From assembly GCA_041859475.1 (NCBI GenBank), contig JBHEKO010000649.1:1-26146 (forward strand): a stretch of DNA of 26,146 nt, written 5' to 3'. Below the pieces are notes generated by a model that had not been told where the DNA came from, did not search any database, and worked only from the letters and a program-made list of their open reading frames with translations. Each line of letters begins with the position of its first letter. The stretch's first letter is position 1. This stretch comes from Candidatus Hydrogenedentales bacterium (GTDB taxonomy: Bacteria > Hydrogenedentota > Hydrogenedentia > Hydrogenedentales > SLHB01). The position numbers and the translations under genes were made by a program. Positions 1 through 7,583 of the stretch are shown here, one piece after another.

Positions 1-2
1 CG

Positions 3-362
3 CCGGTCGTGCGGGCGATTGTCGTGAAGACGGCGACGATCCCCCCGCATGGAATTCGCGTGCCCGACTTCACGGACTTGTGTTACCGCGACGGCGTGCT
101 CTACGCACTCGAGAGAAACGCGGAGATCGTGTCGATTGTTGAAACCAAGGATGGCGTTGTGAGCGTCCGGCCCTGGCGTTCGATTCGCGATACGGTGAAC
201 CGCAAGGATTTGCGCTACACCGATAGGCGTTTTGGCATGGCAGAAGGCCTCGCCTTCCATGGCGACCGTGTTTACGTCATCCTCGACAACAACCAGGACG
301 CGAGAACTGACGACGCGGACGACAAGCGGCCGCTCTTGTTCGTGTTTCGAAACGAACGATGA
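3..362 (+). CDS. 5'-truncated CDS: C-terminal part of a beta-propeller protein (SdiA-regulated/YjiK- or phytase-like family)
   Basis: Reading frame open to the left window edge (no stop upstream of 9). Motifs GMAEGLAFHGDRVYV and ILDNNQD resemble phytase-like/SdiA-regulated propeller blades. Stop TGA 360-362 overlaps the ATG at 359 of the next gene (ATGA). Confidence 0.55.
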   Translation, partial: PVVRAIVVKTATIPPHGIRVPDFTDLCYRDGVLYALERNAEIVSIVETKDGVVSVRPWRSIRDTVNRKDLRYTDRRFGMAEGLAFHGDRVYVILDNNQDARTDDADDKRPLLFVFRNER

Positions 363-1426
363 AGATAAGCCTCCCGATACTTGCCGAAAAGGGCCGGCCT
401 ATTCTCTTGCGTTGGTGTCGATTGGTCTCCGTAGTGGCATTCATCGGTAGTCTGATGCCATGGGTGAGCGGGGTTCACTATCTCCTCGAACTTGGGTCCC
501 ACTTCGTCCCCTTCTACGCAGCCGGGGCATGGGCCTCATTCGCAATCCTGATAGCGTTGGACGATAAGCGCGTCGCCGTCGTCGCCGCGTGCGCACTCGT
601 ATTGTCGGGTGCTGCAATTATCTCCAGTTATCTTCCGCGAGAGGTCACGCAGAACAACGGCGCCCCGATACGGGTAATGGTCTCCAACGTGCTCACTTCC
701 AACAAGAATTTCGACGAGTTCATCGATCTCGTTCGCAAAGAAAGCCCGGACGTTGTTGCGCTGCTCGAGATCAACGACAAATGGGTCCAAGCACTTGATG
801 AGCTGGCCGAAACATATCCCTACAAACTGCTTTACCCGCAATCGGACAACTTTGGCATAGGGATTCTTAGCCGGGGACCGATGCGCCGCGTTGAAAAGAT
901 CGATCTGCTCGGCGTTCCCGCTCTCTACGCACGGTTGGCATTGAGCAGCCGCATGATAGACGTGTTGGTTGTTCACACGTTGCCGCCTGTGAATGCGGCA
1001 AACGCCGCCCTCCGCAACAAGCAACTGGAGATGATTGCTCGAATTGCAGAAGAGAAGGGGGGACTCCATATTGTAATGGGCGATCTGAACACCACCATGT
1101 GGTCTCCTCATTTCCGGGCGCTGCTGAGACATTCCGGCTTGAAGGACGCACGAAAGGGCTTTGGCATTCTGCCGACGTGGCCTGCCGGATTGGGGCCATT
1201 CATGATCCCCATCGATCAGTGCCTGTTCCAGATTCCGCTTGCGGTGAAGGACGTCCGAAAGACGTCGCTCTTCGGTTCCGACCATCTTTCGCTTATTGTC
1301 GATTTCATACCTCCGGGAAGAGAATCGCCCCGCGAACGCCGGCGGAGGTCAGGCGTTTCCGATACGCCTCATCCAGACATGCAATTTTTGAAAATCGGAC
1401 TCGCTCGGGTAGATTCTTTCGAGTGA
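359..1426 (+). CDS. Membrane-anchored endonuclease/exonuclease/phosphatase (EEP) family protein
   Basis: About 3 N-terminal TM helices followed by EEP signatures (EINDKW; GDLNTTMWSPHF; GSDHLSLIVDF with SDH catalytic motif). ATGA overlap with the upstream gene. Confidence 0.8.
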   Translation: MKISLPILAEKGRPILLRWCRLVSVVAFIGSLMPWVSGVHYLLELGSHFVPFYAAGAWASFAILIALDDKRVAVVAACALVLSGAAIISSYLPREVTQNNGAPIRVMVSNVLTSNKNFDEFIDLVRKESPDVVALLEINDKWVQALDELAETYPYKLLYPQSDNFGIGILSRGPMRRVEKIDLLGVPALYARLALSSRMIDVLVVHTLPPVNAANAALRNKQLEMIARIAEEKGGLHIVMGDLNTTMWSPHFRALLRHSGLKDARKGFGILPTWPAGLGPFMIPIDQCLFQIPLAVKDVRKTSLFGSDHLSLIVDFIPPGRESPRERRRRSGVSDTPHPDMQFLKIGLARVDSFE

Positions 1427-1483
1427 GCACGAACCGATTGCACAAGGTAGTGAGCCGTACACACACATAAAAAGGAACAACCA

Positions 1484-2569
1484 ATGAACCGACGTCAGTT
1501 TCTTTGGGCAGGGGGGTCCGCGGCAGCGCTGGCGGCGATGTCCGCCGCCGCGCAGGAAAAGAAAGGGGAATCGGCGATGTTGCGAGTCGCGATGTTGAGT
1601 CAGTGGCACGTCCACGCGAAGGGCTATGCCGAATCGCTGCGAAAGATGCCCGATGTGAAGCTTACGGTGGTGTGGGATGAAATCCCCGAGCGAGGCAAAG
1701 GGTGGGCGGATTCGCTGGGCGTGGAGTTCGAGCCGGATCTTGCGAAGGTGCTGAAGCGCGACGATGTCGACGCGGTCGCGTGCGATGCCCCGACGAACCG
1801 CCACGCGGAGATAATGGTGGCCGCCGCAAATGCGGGCAAGCATATCTTCACGGAGAAAGTCCTGGCATTGACGGTGGACGAGTGCAAGCAAATCAGCGAT
1901 GCCGTGACAAAGGCCGGCGTGAAATTCTGCATTTCATTCCCGTTCCGCACGCGCCCGGAAGTGCTGTACGCGCACAAGGCGGTTGAAGACGGTCTGCTGG
2001 GGCAACTGACGTTTGTGCGCGTACGCGTCGCCCACAACGGGGGTAGCGGCGGCTGGCTCCCGAAACACTTCTGGGACCCCACGCAGTGCGGCGGCGGAGC
2101 AATGATGGACCTGGGCGCACATCCAATGTATCTCGCGCGGTATTTCGGCGGACAGCCCAAGCGAATCACATCCACTTTCAATTACATGACTGGGCACGAA
2201 GTCGAGGACAACGCCGTGTCTGTGATTGAATTCGAGAACAAGGTAATTGGCGTCGCGGAAACGAGTTTCGTCTCGACGCACAGTCCCTTCAGTCTGGAGT
2301 TGTCGGGAACGGAAGGCAGTCTGCTCGTAGGCGGCATCGACGAGAAGGCGGTCAAGATTCGCTCGAACAAGCTCGACGGGCAGAACTGGGTCACGCCCGA
2401 ATCGCTCCCCGAGGCCTTGGCGGGGACCACGCAGATCTGGGTAGATGGCATTCTGCGCAACGCGCCGATTCCATTCGATACGGAAGCAGGCACACAGTTG
2501 ACGGAATTGATGCAGTATGCGTATGTGGCGCACACGGAAGGCCGGCAAGTAGAAATACCGAAACGGTGA
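1484..2569 (+). CDS. Gfo/Idh/MocA family oxidoreductase with Tat signal peptide
   Basis: N-terminus MNRRQFLWAGGSAAALAA (twin-arginine motif). Rossmann N-domain (LRVAMLSQWHVHAKGYAESL...EKVLALT) and C-terminal Gfo/Idh/MocA dimerisation region. RBS AAGGA upstream of the ATG. Confidence 0.85.
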   Translation: MNRRQFLWAGGSAAALAAMSAAAQEKKGESAMLRVAMLSQWHVHAKGYAESLRKMPDVKLTVVWDEIPERGKGWADSLGVEFEPDLAKVLKRDDVDAVACDAPTNRHAEIMVAAANAGKHIFTEKVLALTVDECKQISDAVTKAGVKFCISFPFRTRPEVLYAHKAVEDGLLGQLTFVRVRVAHNGGSGGWLPKHFWDPTQCGGGAMMDLGAHPMYLARYFGGQPKRITSTFNYMTGHEVEDNAVSVIEFENKVIGVAETSFVSTHSPFSLELSGTEGSLLVGGIDEKAVKIRSNKLDGQNWVTPESLPEALAGTTQIWVDGILRNAPIPFDTEAGTQLTELMQYAYVAHTEGRQVEIPKR

Positions 2570-2593
2570 GCGGCGCTCATCAAGGGGGATGAC

Positions 2594-3697
2594 ATGTTCA
2601 AGTTTGCACTTCTCGCGATAGCGGCATTCGCCACCGTCTTTCCATTCGTTGCCAATGCCCAGGCAGCGGAGTCTCCGCTGTTCGAAGATGTCCACGTGGT
2701 TCAACTACCGAAGGGCGAGTACGGATACCGCGGTATGCCGGGAACAATTGTCGCGTTGAACGACGGACGCTTGCTGCTCGCCTACACGCGCATGCTGCCG
2801 ACCGGCAGCGGCGACGGCGCAATTGCCGGGAAGTACTCGGAGGACAAAGGCAAGACGTGGGGCGAGGAGTTTGTTCTTGCGCCCGACCCGCAACCGGCGG
2901 GCCAGGACTACTATTGCCACCCCAGTCTTCTGCGCCTTCAAAACGGGCAGATCTTCCTCTCCTACATCTACGGGTCGGGGGCGGAGATGCCGAATCTGTT
3001 TGGCGGCAACTACTATCGCCGTTCCGCGGACGACGGCAAGACATGGGGAGACCAGCTCATTGTGACGGCGCACCCCGGCTACACCATCGTCCACAACGAC
3101 AAGTTCATCCAATTGTCGTCGGGACGCATCCTCGCGCCGGCGGAGTTTCACCTGGATCATACGCGCGGCGACCACAGCGGCTATGTCAGCCTAACCGTGT
3201 ATTCCGACGACAACGGCTACAGTTGGCATGAGAGCACGAACATGGTGAACATGCAGCCCATCGAAACGCAGGAACCGCACGTGGTCGAGCTGAAGGATGG
3301 GCGCATCATGATGTTGATGCGCACGTACAACGGCTTTGTGGCCCGCAGCTACTCCACCGACAAAGGCGAAAGTTGGTCCGAGGGCGAGAAGGTCGAGGCC
3401 TTGACCTTGGCCCCGAACAGTTCCGCGCTCAACATCAAGCACATTCCGAAGACGGGAGACTTGGTGCTCCTGCGCTGCACGAGCGGAACCAAGGGGCGGC
3501 GCACCCCCATGACCTCGATTCTGTCCAAAGATGAAGGGGCGACGTGGACCAATGAACGCGCAATCGGAAACGACCCGGACGACGACTACGGTTACCCCGG
3601 CTTGACCTTCGTCGACGATGTCGCGCTGGTGGTGTACCACATGCGCGACGGACTCCACGTGGCGCGCATCGGATCCGATTGGTTCTCCGGAAACTGA
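2594..3697 (+). CDS. BNR/Asp-box repeat glycoside hydrolase, sialidase-like (GH33-like six-bladed propeller), secreted
   Basis: Signal peptide MFKFALLAIAAFATVFPFVANAQA. Five Asp-box repeats S-x-D-x-G-x-(T/S)-W: SEDKGKTW, SADDGKTW, SDDNGYSW, STDKGESW, SKDEGATW. RBS GGGGGA 5 nt upstream. Confidence 0.8.
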   Translation: MFKFALLAIAAFATVFPFVANAQAAESPLFEDVHVVQLPKGEYGYRGMPGTIVALNDGRLLLAYTRMLPTGSGDGAIAGKYSEDKGKTWGEEFVLAPDPQPAGQDYYCHPSLLRLQNGQIFLSYIYGSGAEMPNLFGGNYYRRSADDGKTWGDQLIVTAHPGYTIVHNDKFIQLSSGRILAPAEFHLDHTRGDHSGYVSLTVYSDDNGYSWHESTNMVNMQPIETQEPHVVELKDGRIMMLMRTYNGFVARSYSTDKGESWSEGEKVEALTLAPNSSALNIKHIPKTGDLVLLRCTSGTKGRRTPMTSILSKDEGATWTNERAIGNDPDDDYGYPGLTFVDDVALVVYHMRDGLHVARIGSDWFSGN

Positions 3698-3713
3698 TTC
3701 AAGAGGGAACTCC

Positions 3714-5402
3714 GTGCACGAGTCTCGTGGAGAGGAAATTGAGAAACGCAGTCCGCGATGGGCGCTGCAAGCCTTATTCGGCTACGCGCTCGTCGCGGTC
3801 TGCGTGTTCCACCCACTGCTGCCAAAGCTCAGCACCCATATCATTTCCAACGACCAGTTCACCGGAGTGGGCCGTGACGATGGGTTTGCGTTCGTATGGA
3901 TGTACTGGTGGGTTCAGAAAGCCCTATCCATGGGGCACAGCTTGGTAGCGTGCGACTGGATCTTCCCGCCGGACGGCGAGAATCTCGCGCTGTTCGGTTT
4001 GCCCTATCTGCCCATTCTCCTCACGTATCCCGTCGGAAGAATCTATGGGGCGATCGTCGGCAACAACGTCATGGTCCTTTCGATGATCGCACTCGGGGCG
4101 TTTGCCTACTTCTGCATGCTGAGGAGGCTCTTGAATCTCTCGTTCTTCAGCGCGTTTGTCGCGGGGGCGCTGTTTGGGTTCTGTCCATGGTTTATATGGA
4201 AGGCCGGTGGCCATTACAACATGATCGGCTCGTGTTTCTGGGGCGTGGCGCTGGGGGCGGTCCTGGCCGCCTACGCGAAGAACGAGTTTACGGCCAAGAA
4301 CAGCGCGCTGTGGGCAGTGTTCGTGTGGGCGACGTTCTGGAGTTCCTTGATTGAGTTCTTCATGCTGGGGATTGTTGTGGCGATGACCGTCGCCGTATTC
4401 GAGATTCAACGCGCCTTCCTACGCGACCACGCCATCGCCAAGCGCGTTTGGTTCTTTCTGCCCTCGGCGCTGGGAGCGGTGTCGCTGTCTCTATTTCTAT
4501 TCGCTAGAAAAGGCCAGACCGTGGCGCTCCCACTTATGCAGGGTCCCACGCTCCTGGATCTCATCCCTTCGGCAAAGCTCAGCTTCTGGTCGTATATTGG
4601 TTTGCCCAATCGCACGGCAACGGTCATCCCGCATTCGTATGTCTATCTTGCGCTCATTGGGGGATTCGCCCTGTGGAAACGCCGGTCGCGAGTCTTGTGG
4701 CCCATCGTCGCATTGTTCATTGGCGTAATCGTGCTTGTCATCGATCCGTTTCACATCCCAAGTGCGGTGCTGCGCGCACTCCCCACAGGGAAAGGGTTTC
4801 GCTTCTTCGAGCGATTCATCCCCTTTGCGTTGTACTTCTTGCTGATACTGTCTGCAGTCGGCCTCGATTTCCTGTACAAAGAATGGGTCCCAAAGAAGCC
4901 GGCGTGGCTCCTTGGCGCGGTCCGAATCCCGAAGAAGGCCGTCGTAATCGGGGGGATTCTTGTATTCGCCGCGTCGGAGATCTATCCCGTTCTACTCAAC
5001 GTCACTCCAATCATGAAGTTGCCTATCACGCCCGAGGTCCGCGCCGAATTGCGCCCGGATCGCTATTGCCTTGTCGTGCCGGACGGCGACTACCGCCACG
5101 TGCTTCAAACGTATCAGGTCGAGTTGGATATCCCATGCGTGAACATCGCGTATTGGGACCGCATGGATATAAGCGCCCTGCAACGTCGCGCGCAAGAGTA
5201 TCCGGGCGTATACGCAGGCGCTCCGGCCCCCCATCCGCAACCCACGGCTCCCAACGTCGAAGCGCCGGCATTCGCGGACGAAGCGCGCGCGCTTAAGATT
5301 GGCTACCTGCTGTTCGAAAACAAAAATGCCGCGGGCACTTGGCGTGCCCGCGGACGTACGCTCCTGGAAACGGATCGCGAATTGCTCATCGCCCTTAAGT
5401 GA
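3714..5402 (+). CDS. Large polytopic membrane protein, possible GT-C-fold glycosyltransferase (YfhO/ArnT-like), function uncertain
   Basis: Start set at GTG 3714, which has RBS AGAGGGAA 7 nt upstream and lies just after the stop of the upstream gene. The ORF-track start at 3618 overlaps the sialidase-like CDS and lacks an RBS. More than 10 predicted TM helices, then a roughly 180-aa soluble C-terminal domain. Confidence 0.65.
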   Translation: MHESRGEEIEKRSPRWALQALFGYALVAVCVFHPLLPKLSTHIISNDQFTGVGRDDGFAFVWMYWWVQKALSMGHSLVACDWIFPPDGENLALFGLPYLPILLTYPVGRIYGAIVGNNVMVLSMIALGAFAYFCMLRRLLNLSFFSAFVAGALFGFCPWFIWKAGGHYNMIGSCFWGVALGAVLAAYAKNEFTAKNSALWAVFVWATFWSSLIEFFMLGIVVAMTVAVFEIQRAFLRDHAIAKRVWFFLPSALGAVSLSLFLFARKGQTVALPLMQGPTLLDLIPSAKLSFWSYIGLPNRTATVIPHSYVYLALIGGFALWKRRSRVLWPIVALFIGVIVLVIDPFHIPSAVLRALPTGKGFRFFERFIPFALYFLLILSAVGLDFLYKEWVPKKPAWLLGAVRIPKKAVVIGGILVFAASEIYPVLLNVTPIMKLPITPEVRAELRPDRYCLVVPDGDYRHVLQTYQVELDIPCVNIAYWDRMDISALQRRAQEYPGVYAGAPAPHPQPTAPNVEAPAFADEARALKIGYLLFENKNAAGTWRARGRTLLETDRELLIALK

Positions 5403-5428
5403 CCCGTGGCCCCCGGCCCGATCGGGTC
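5401..5428. terminator. Short GC hairpin between convergent genes (membrane protein + / Gfo oxidoreductase -)
   Basis: GACCCG (5401-5406) pairs with CGGGTC (5423-5428); the loop contains the GGCC..GGCC palindrome. No U-tract, so at best a weak bidirectional terminator. Confidence 0.25.
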
Positions 5429-6737
5429 ACCCCAGCTTCCACGGTTTGCGGTACTCCTGATTAATGAGTTGGTTGGCTGCATCGTTGCCGATGACGCATT
5501 CCTTGGCAGCGTCCCATTTGATCTCCGATTGCGTGCGCAGCGCGAGATTGCCCAAGTGCGCGACGGTAGACACGAAATGGGCGACTTCGAGGTTCTCGAT
5601 GGGCTGTTCGCGCGATTTGACGCAATCGAGGAAATTGCGCACGTGCGCGGGGCGCGCGTCCTCGCTGTTGCCGTGATTCTCGGGCTTCAAGTCGCTGAGT
5701 TTCGGCTCGGGCAGCAACTCCCAGCCATACTCACCGACGATGACTGTTCCCTTCGAGCCGCTGAAGCAGATCCCATGCGGATGCCCGTTGATGCCGACGC
5801 CGCCCTGCATCTGGTGCTCCCACACAAAGACGTACGACGGAAACTCGTAGACGGCGATCTGGGTGTCGGGCGTTTCGCTGTTGTCGTCGACCACGCGCTT
5901 CCCGCCATATGACGTCACGCGGGTGGGCGATTCAGTCCCCATGGCCCAAAGTACAATGTTGATCAGGTGCACGGCCCAGTCCGTCATAAGGCCGCCGGCG
6001 TAGTCCCAATACCACCGAAAGTTGAAATGAAACCGATTGGGGTTGAACGGGCGGTCCGGGGCTGGGCCCAGCCACATGTCGTAATCGACCCCAGCGGGGG
6101 GCGCGCCGTCGGGAGGATTGCCCACTCCTCCGAGCCAGTCCAGATAAGCCCAGGCACGCACTTGCCGGATCTTTCCGATGCGGCCGGATTGGACGCATTC
6201 GACGGCCTCGCGCCAATGCACGCCGCTGTGCCACTGCGTGCCCATCTGGACGATGCGGTTGGTACGCTTCATGGTCTCGAGCATCACACGGCCTTCGTTG
6301 ACAAACTTGCCGAGGGGTTTCTCGACATAGACATCCTTGCCTGCCTCGCATCCGTAGATCGTCGGCAGCGCGTGCCAATGATCGGGGGTGGCTACAAGCA
6401 AAACGTCGATGTCCTTTCGGTCTACGACTTTCCGGAAATCCTTGACGGTCTTGGGAGCCTTTCCGCGCATGTCGGTGACGACCTTCACCTCCTTGGCCAG
6501 CATCTCGTCATCGACGTCGCAGATGATGGGGCATTCGATCTCGGGGTTGCGAAGAAACGTCGCGAGATCGCCGCGTCCCATGCCGCCCGAGCCGATGAGG
6601 CCAACGGTAACCTTCTCGTTGGCCGACACCTTCTTTTTCGCCCCAAGGTGCATTTCCGTCACCCCCCCTATGATGGGCAAGGCGCCTCCGGCCAGCATCG
6701 TCTGTGACATGAAGTCTCGCCTGGACATGGATTTCAT
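5427..6737 (-). CDS. Gfo/Idh/MocA family oxidoreductase with Tat signal peptide
   Basis: Start moved to the second ATG (MKSMSRRDFMSQTMLAGG, twin-arginine). RBS GGGAGGG lies 8 nt upstream of it on the minus strand; the first ATG at 6770 has no RBS. NAD-binding motif VGLIGSGGMG plus a Gfo/Idh/MocA C-domain. Confidence 0.85.
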   Translation of the reverse strand: MKSMSRRDFMSQTMLAGGALPIIGGVTEMHLGAKKKVSANEKVTVGLIGSGGMGRGDLATFLRNPEIECPIICDVDDEMLAKEVKVVTDMRGKAPKTVKDFRKVVDRKDIDVLLVATPDHWHALPTIYGCEAGKDVYVEKPLGKFVNEGRVMLETMKRTNRIVQMGTQWHSGVHWREAVECVQSGRIGKIRQVRAWAYLDWLGGVGNPPDGAPPAGVDYDMWLGPAPDRPFNPNRFHFNFRWYWDYAGGLMTDWAVHLINIVLWAMGTESPTRVTSYGGKRVVDDNSETPDTQIAVYEFPSYVFVWEHQMQGGVGINGHPHGICFSGSKGTVIVGEYGWELLPEPKLSDLKPENHGNSEDARPAHVRNFLDCVKSREQPIENLEVAHFVSTVAHLGNLALRTQSEIKWDAAKECVIGNDAANQLINQEYRKPWKLG

Positions 6738-6914
6738 GAAAGGGACCCTCCCGTTGCGAACCCGCCACACCCCCTATTCTTGCAGAAAGGGGGAAGAAAG
6801 GAAAACCCTCGAATTCCCTGGGTTTCCACTGCGAGTAAACCTTTTTTTCGCGCTTCGCGTCCAACCGCTCGGAGGAGTAGGGACGGGGCAGTTGCGTTGC
6901 TTCCCTAACCCTAC

Positions 6915-6920
6915 TATGAT
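6915..6920 (+). promoter_or_regulatory. -10 hexamer TATGAT in the divergent Gfo/nfeD intergenic region (likely nfeD-flotillin promoter)
   Basis: CTACTATGAT at 6911-6920, with TTGCGT 16 nt upstream as a candidate -35. About 75 nt upstream of nfeD ATG 6996. Confidence 0.35.
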
Positions 6921-6995
6921 ACGGGGTATTGGGGCTACGGACGCGCGTTTCGCAGGTGCGGTGTTGGCGCAAACTATGCGTGGGGAGTTCCCGCA

Positions 6996-7583
6996 ATGAT
7001 GACGTTCTACCTGTTGTGTGCCGTGGTTGGCGGCATAGTCGTGATTATCCAGTTCGTGTTCACGCTGGTGGGCATCGGCCACGACGGCGGCGATGTCGGC
7101 CACGATGTCGCGCATGACATTCATGCCGGCGACCACGACGCCAACGCCTCCATGTTCTTCGGCATGTTGAGTCTCCGCGCCCTGTCCGCGGCCGTCGCCT
7201 TTTTCGGAATCGGTGGCTTAGGCGCGGGCAGTTCCTCGTATCCAGCTCCTGTAGCGTTGATGGCGGCATTGGCTGCGGGCACAGCGGCAATGGTCTTGGT
7301 CGCATGGATCATGCGACTGCTGAACAGCTTGAGTTCCGAAGGTAACGTGCGCTGGGACCAGGTATTGGGCGCGACGGGTACTGTTTACCTGCAGATTCCC
7401 GAGCGAAAGTCGGGACTTGGGAAGGTGTTGCTAACGGTTCAGAATCGCACCATGGAATACGATGCGCTAACCGCCAAAGATGCGCTTTCGCAAGGTACAT
7501 CGGTGGTGGTCGTGGATATGGTGGGACCCGAGACGCTGGAGGTAGAATCCGTCAGCACGATGGAAGGGAGTAGAGATGCCTAG
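6996..7583 (+). CDS. NfeD-family membrane protein (YqiJ/YuaF-like partner of SPFH/flotillin)
   Basis: N-terminal TM helices, a His/Asp-rich loop, and a C-terminal soluble OB-fold-like region (GTVYLQIPERKSGLGKVLLTVQNRTMEYDA) typical of NfeD. RBS GGGGAG. Its 3' end overlaps the flotillin gene start by 8 nt (ATGCCTAG). Confidence 0.8.
   Translation: MMTFYLLCAVVGGIVVIIQFVFTLVGIGHDGGDVGHDVAHDIHAGDHDANASMFFGMLSLRALSAAVAFFGIGGLGAGSSSYPAPVALMAALAAGTAAMVLVAWIMRLLNSLSSEGNVRWDQVLGATGTVYLQIPERKSGLGKVLLTVQNRTMEYDALTAKDALSQGTSVVVVDMVGPETLEVESVSTMEGSRDA

Noticed and set aside
3618-3713. ORF-track start (3618) of the large membrane-protein gene, overlapping the sialidase-like CDS by 80 nt
   Set aside because: The overlapping part is Cys/Thr/Trp-rich nonsense (MSRWWCTTCATDSTW). 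GTG 3714 with AGAGGGAA RBS immediately downstream of the sialidase stop is a far better start.
4673-5296. 207-aa plus-strand ORF in an alternative frame inside the large membrane-protein gene
   Set aside because: Extremely Arg-rich (RRNRGDSCIRRVG...). It sits inside a well-behaved hydrophobic polytopic CDS, so it is a frame-shifted artefact of GC-rich sequence.
5967-6707. 246-aa plus-strand ORF antisense to the Tat-Gfo/Idh/MocA gene (also 5932..6378 minus alt-frame)
   Set aside because: No domain and a biased composition, whereas the opposite strand encodes a complete, well-conserved oxidoreductase.
6738-6770. 11-aa extension of the minus-strand Gfo/Idh/MocA gene to ATG 6770
   Set aside because: GGGAGGG RBS is positioned for the second ATG, and the Tat motif SRRDFM begins right after it.
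6916-6999. Possible 27-codon upstream ORF (MIRGIGATDARFAGAVLAQTMRGEFPQ) ending in ATGATGA overlap with nfeD
   Set aside because: No Shine-Dalgarno. Its ATG lies inside the putative -10 hexamer, and it is not hydrophobic or otherwise distinctive. Most likely non-coding 5'UTR.
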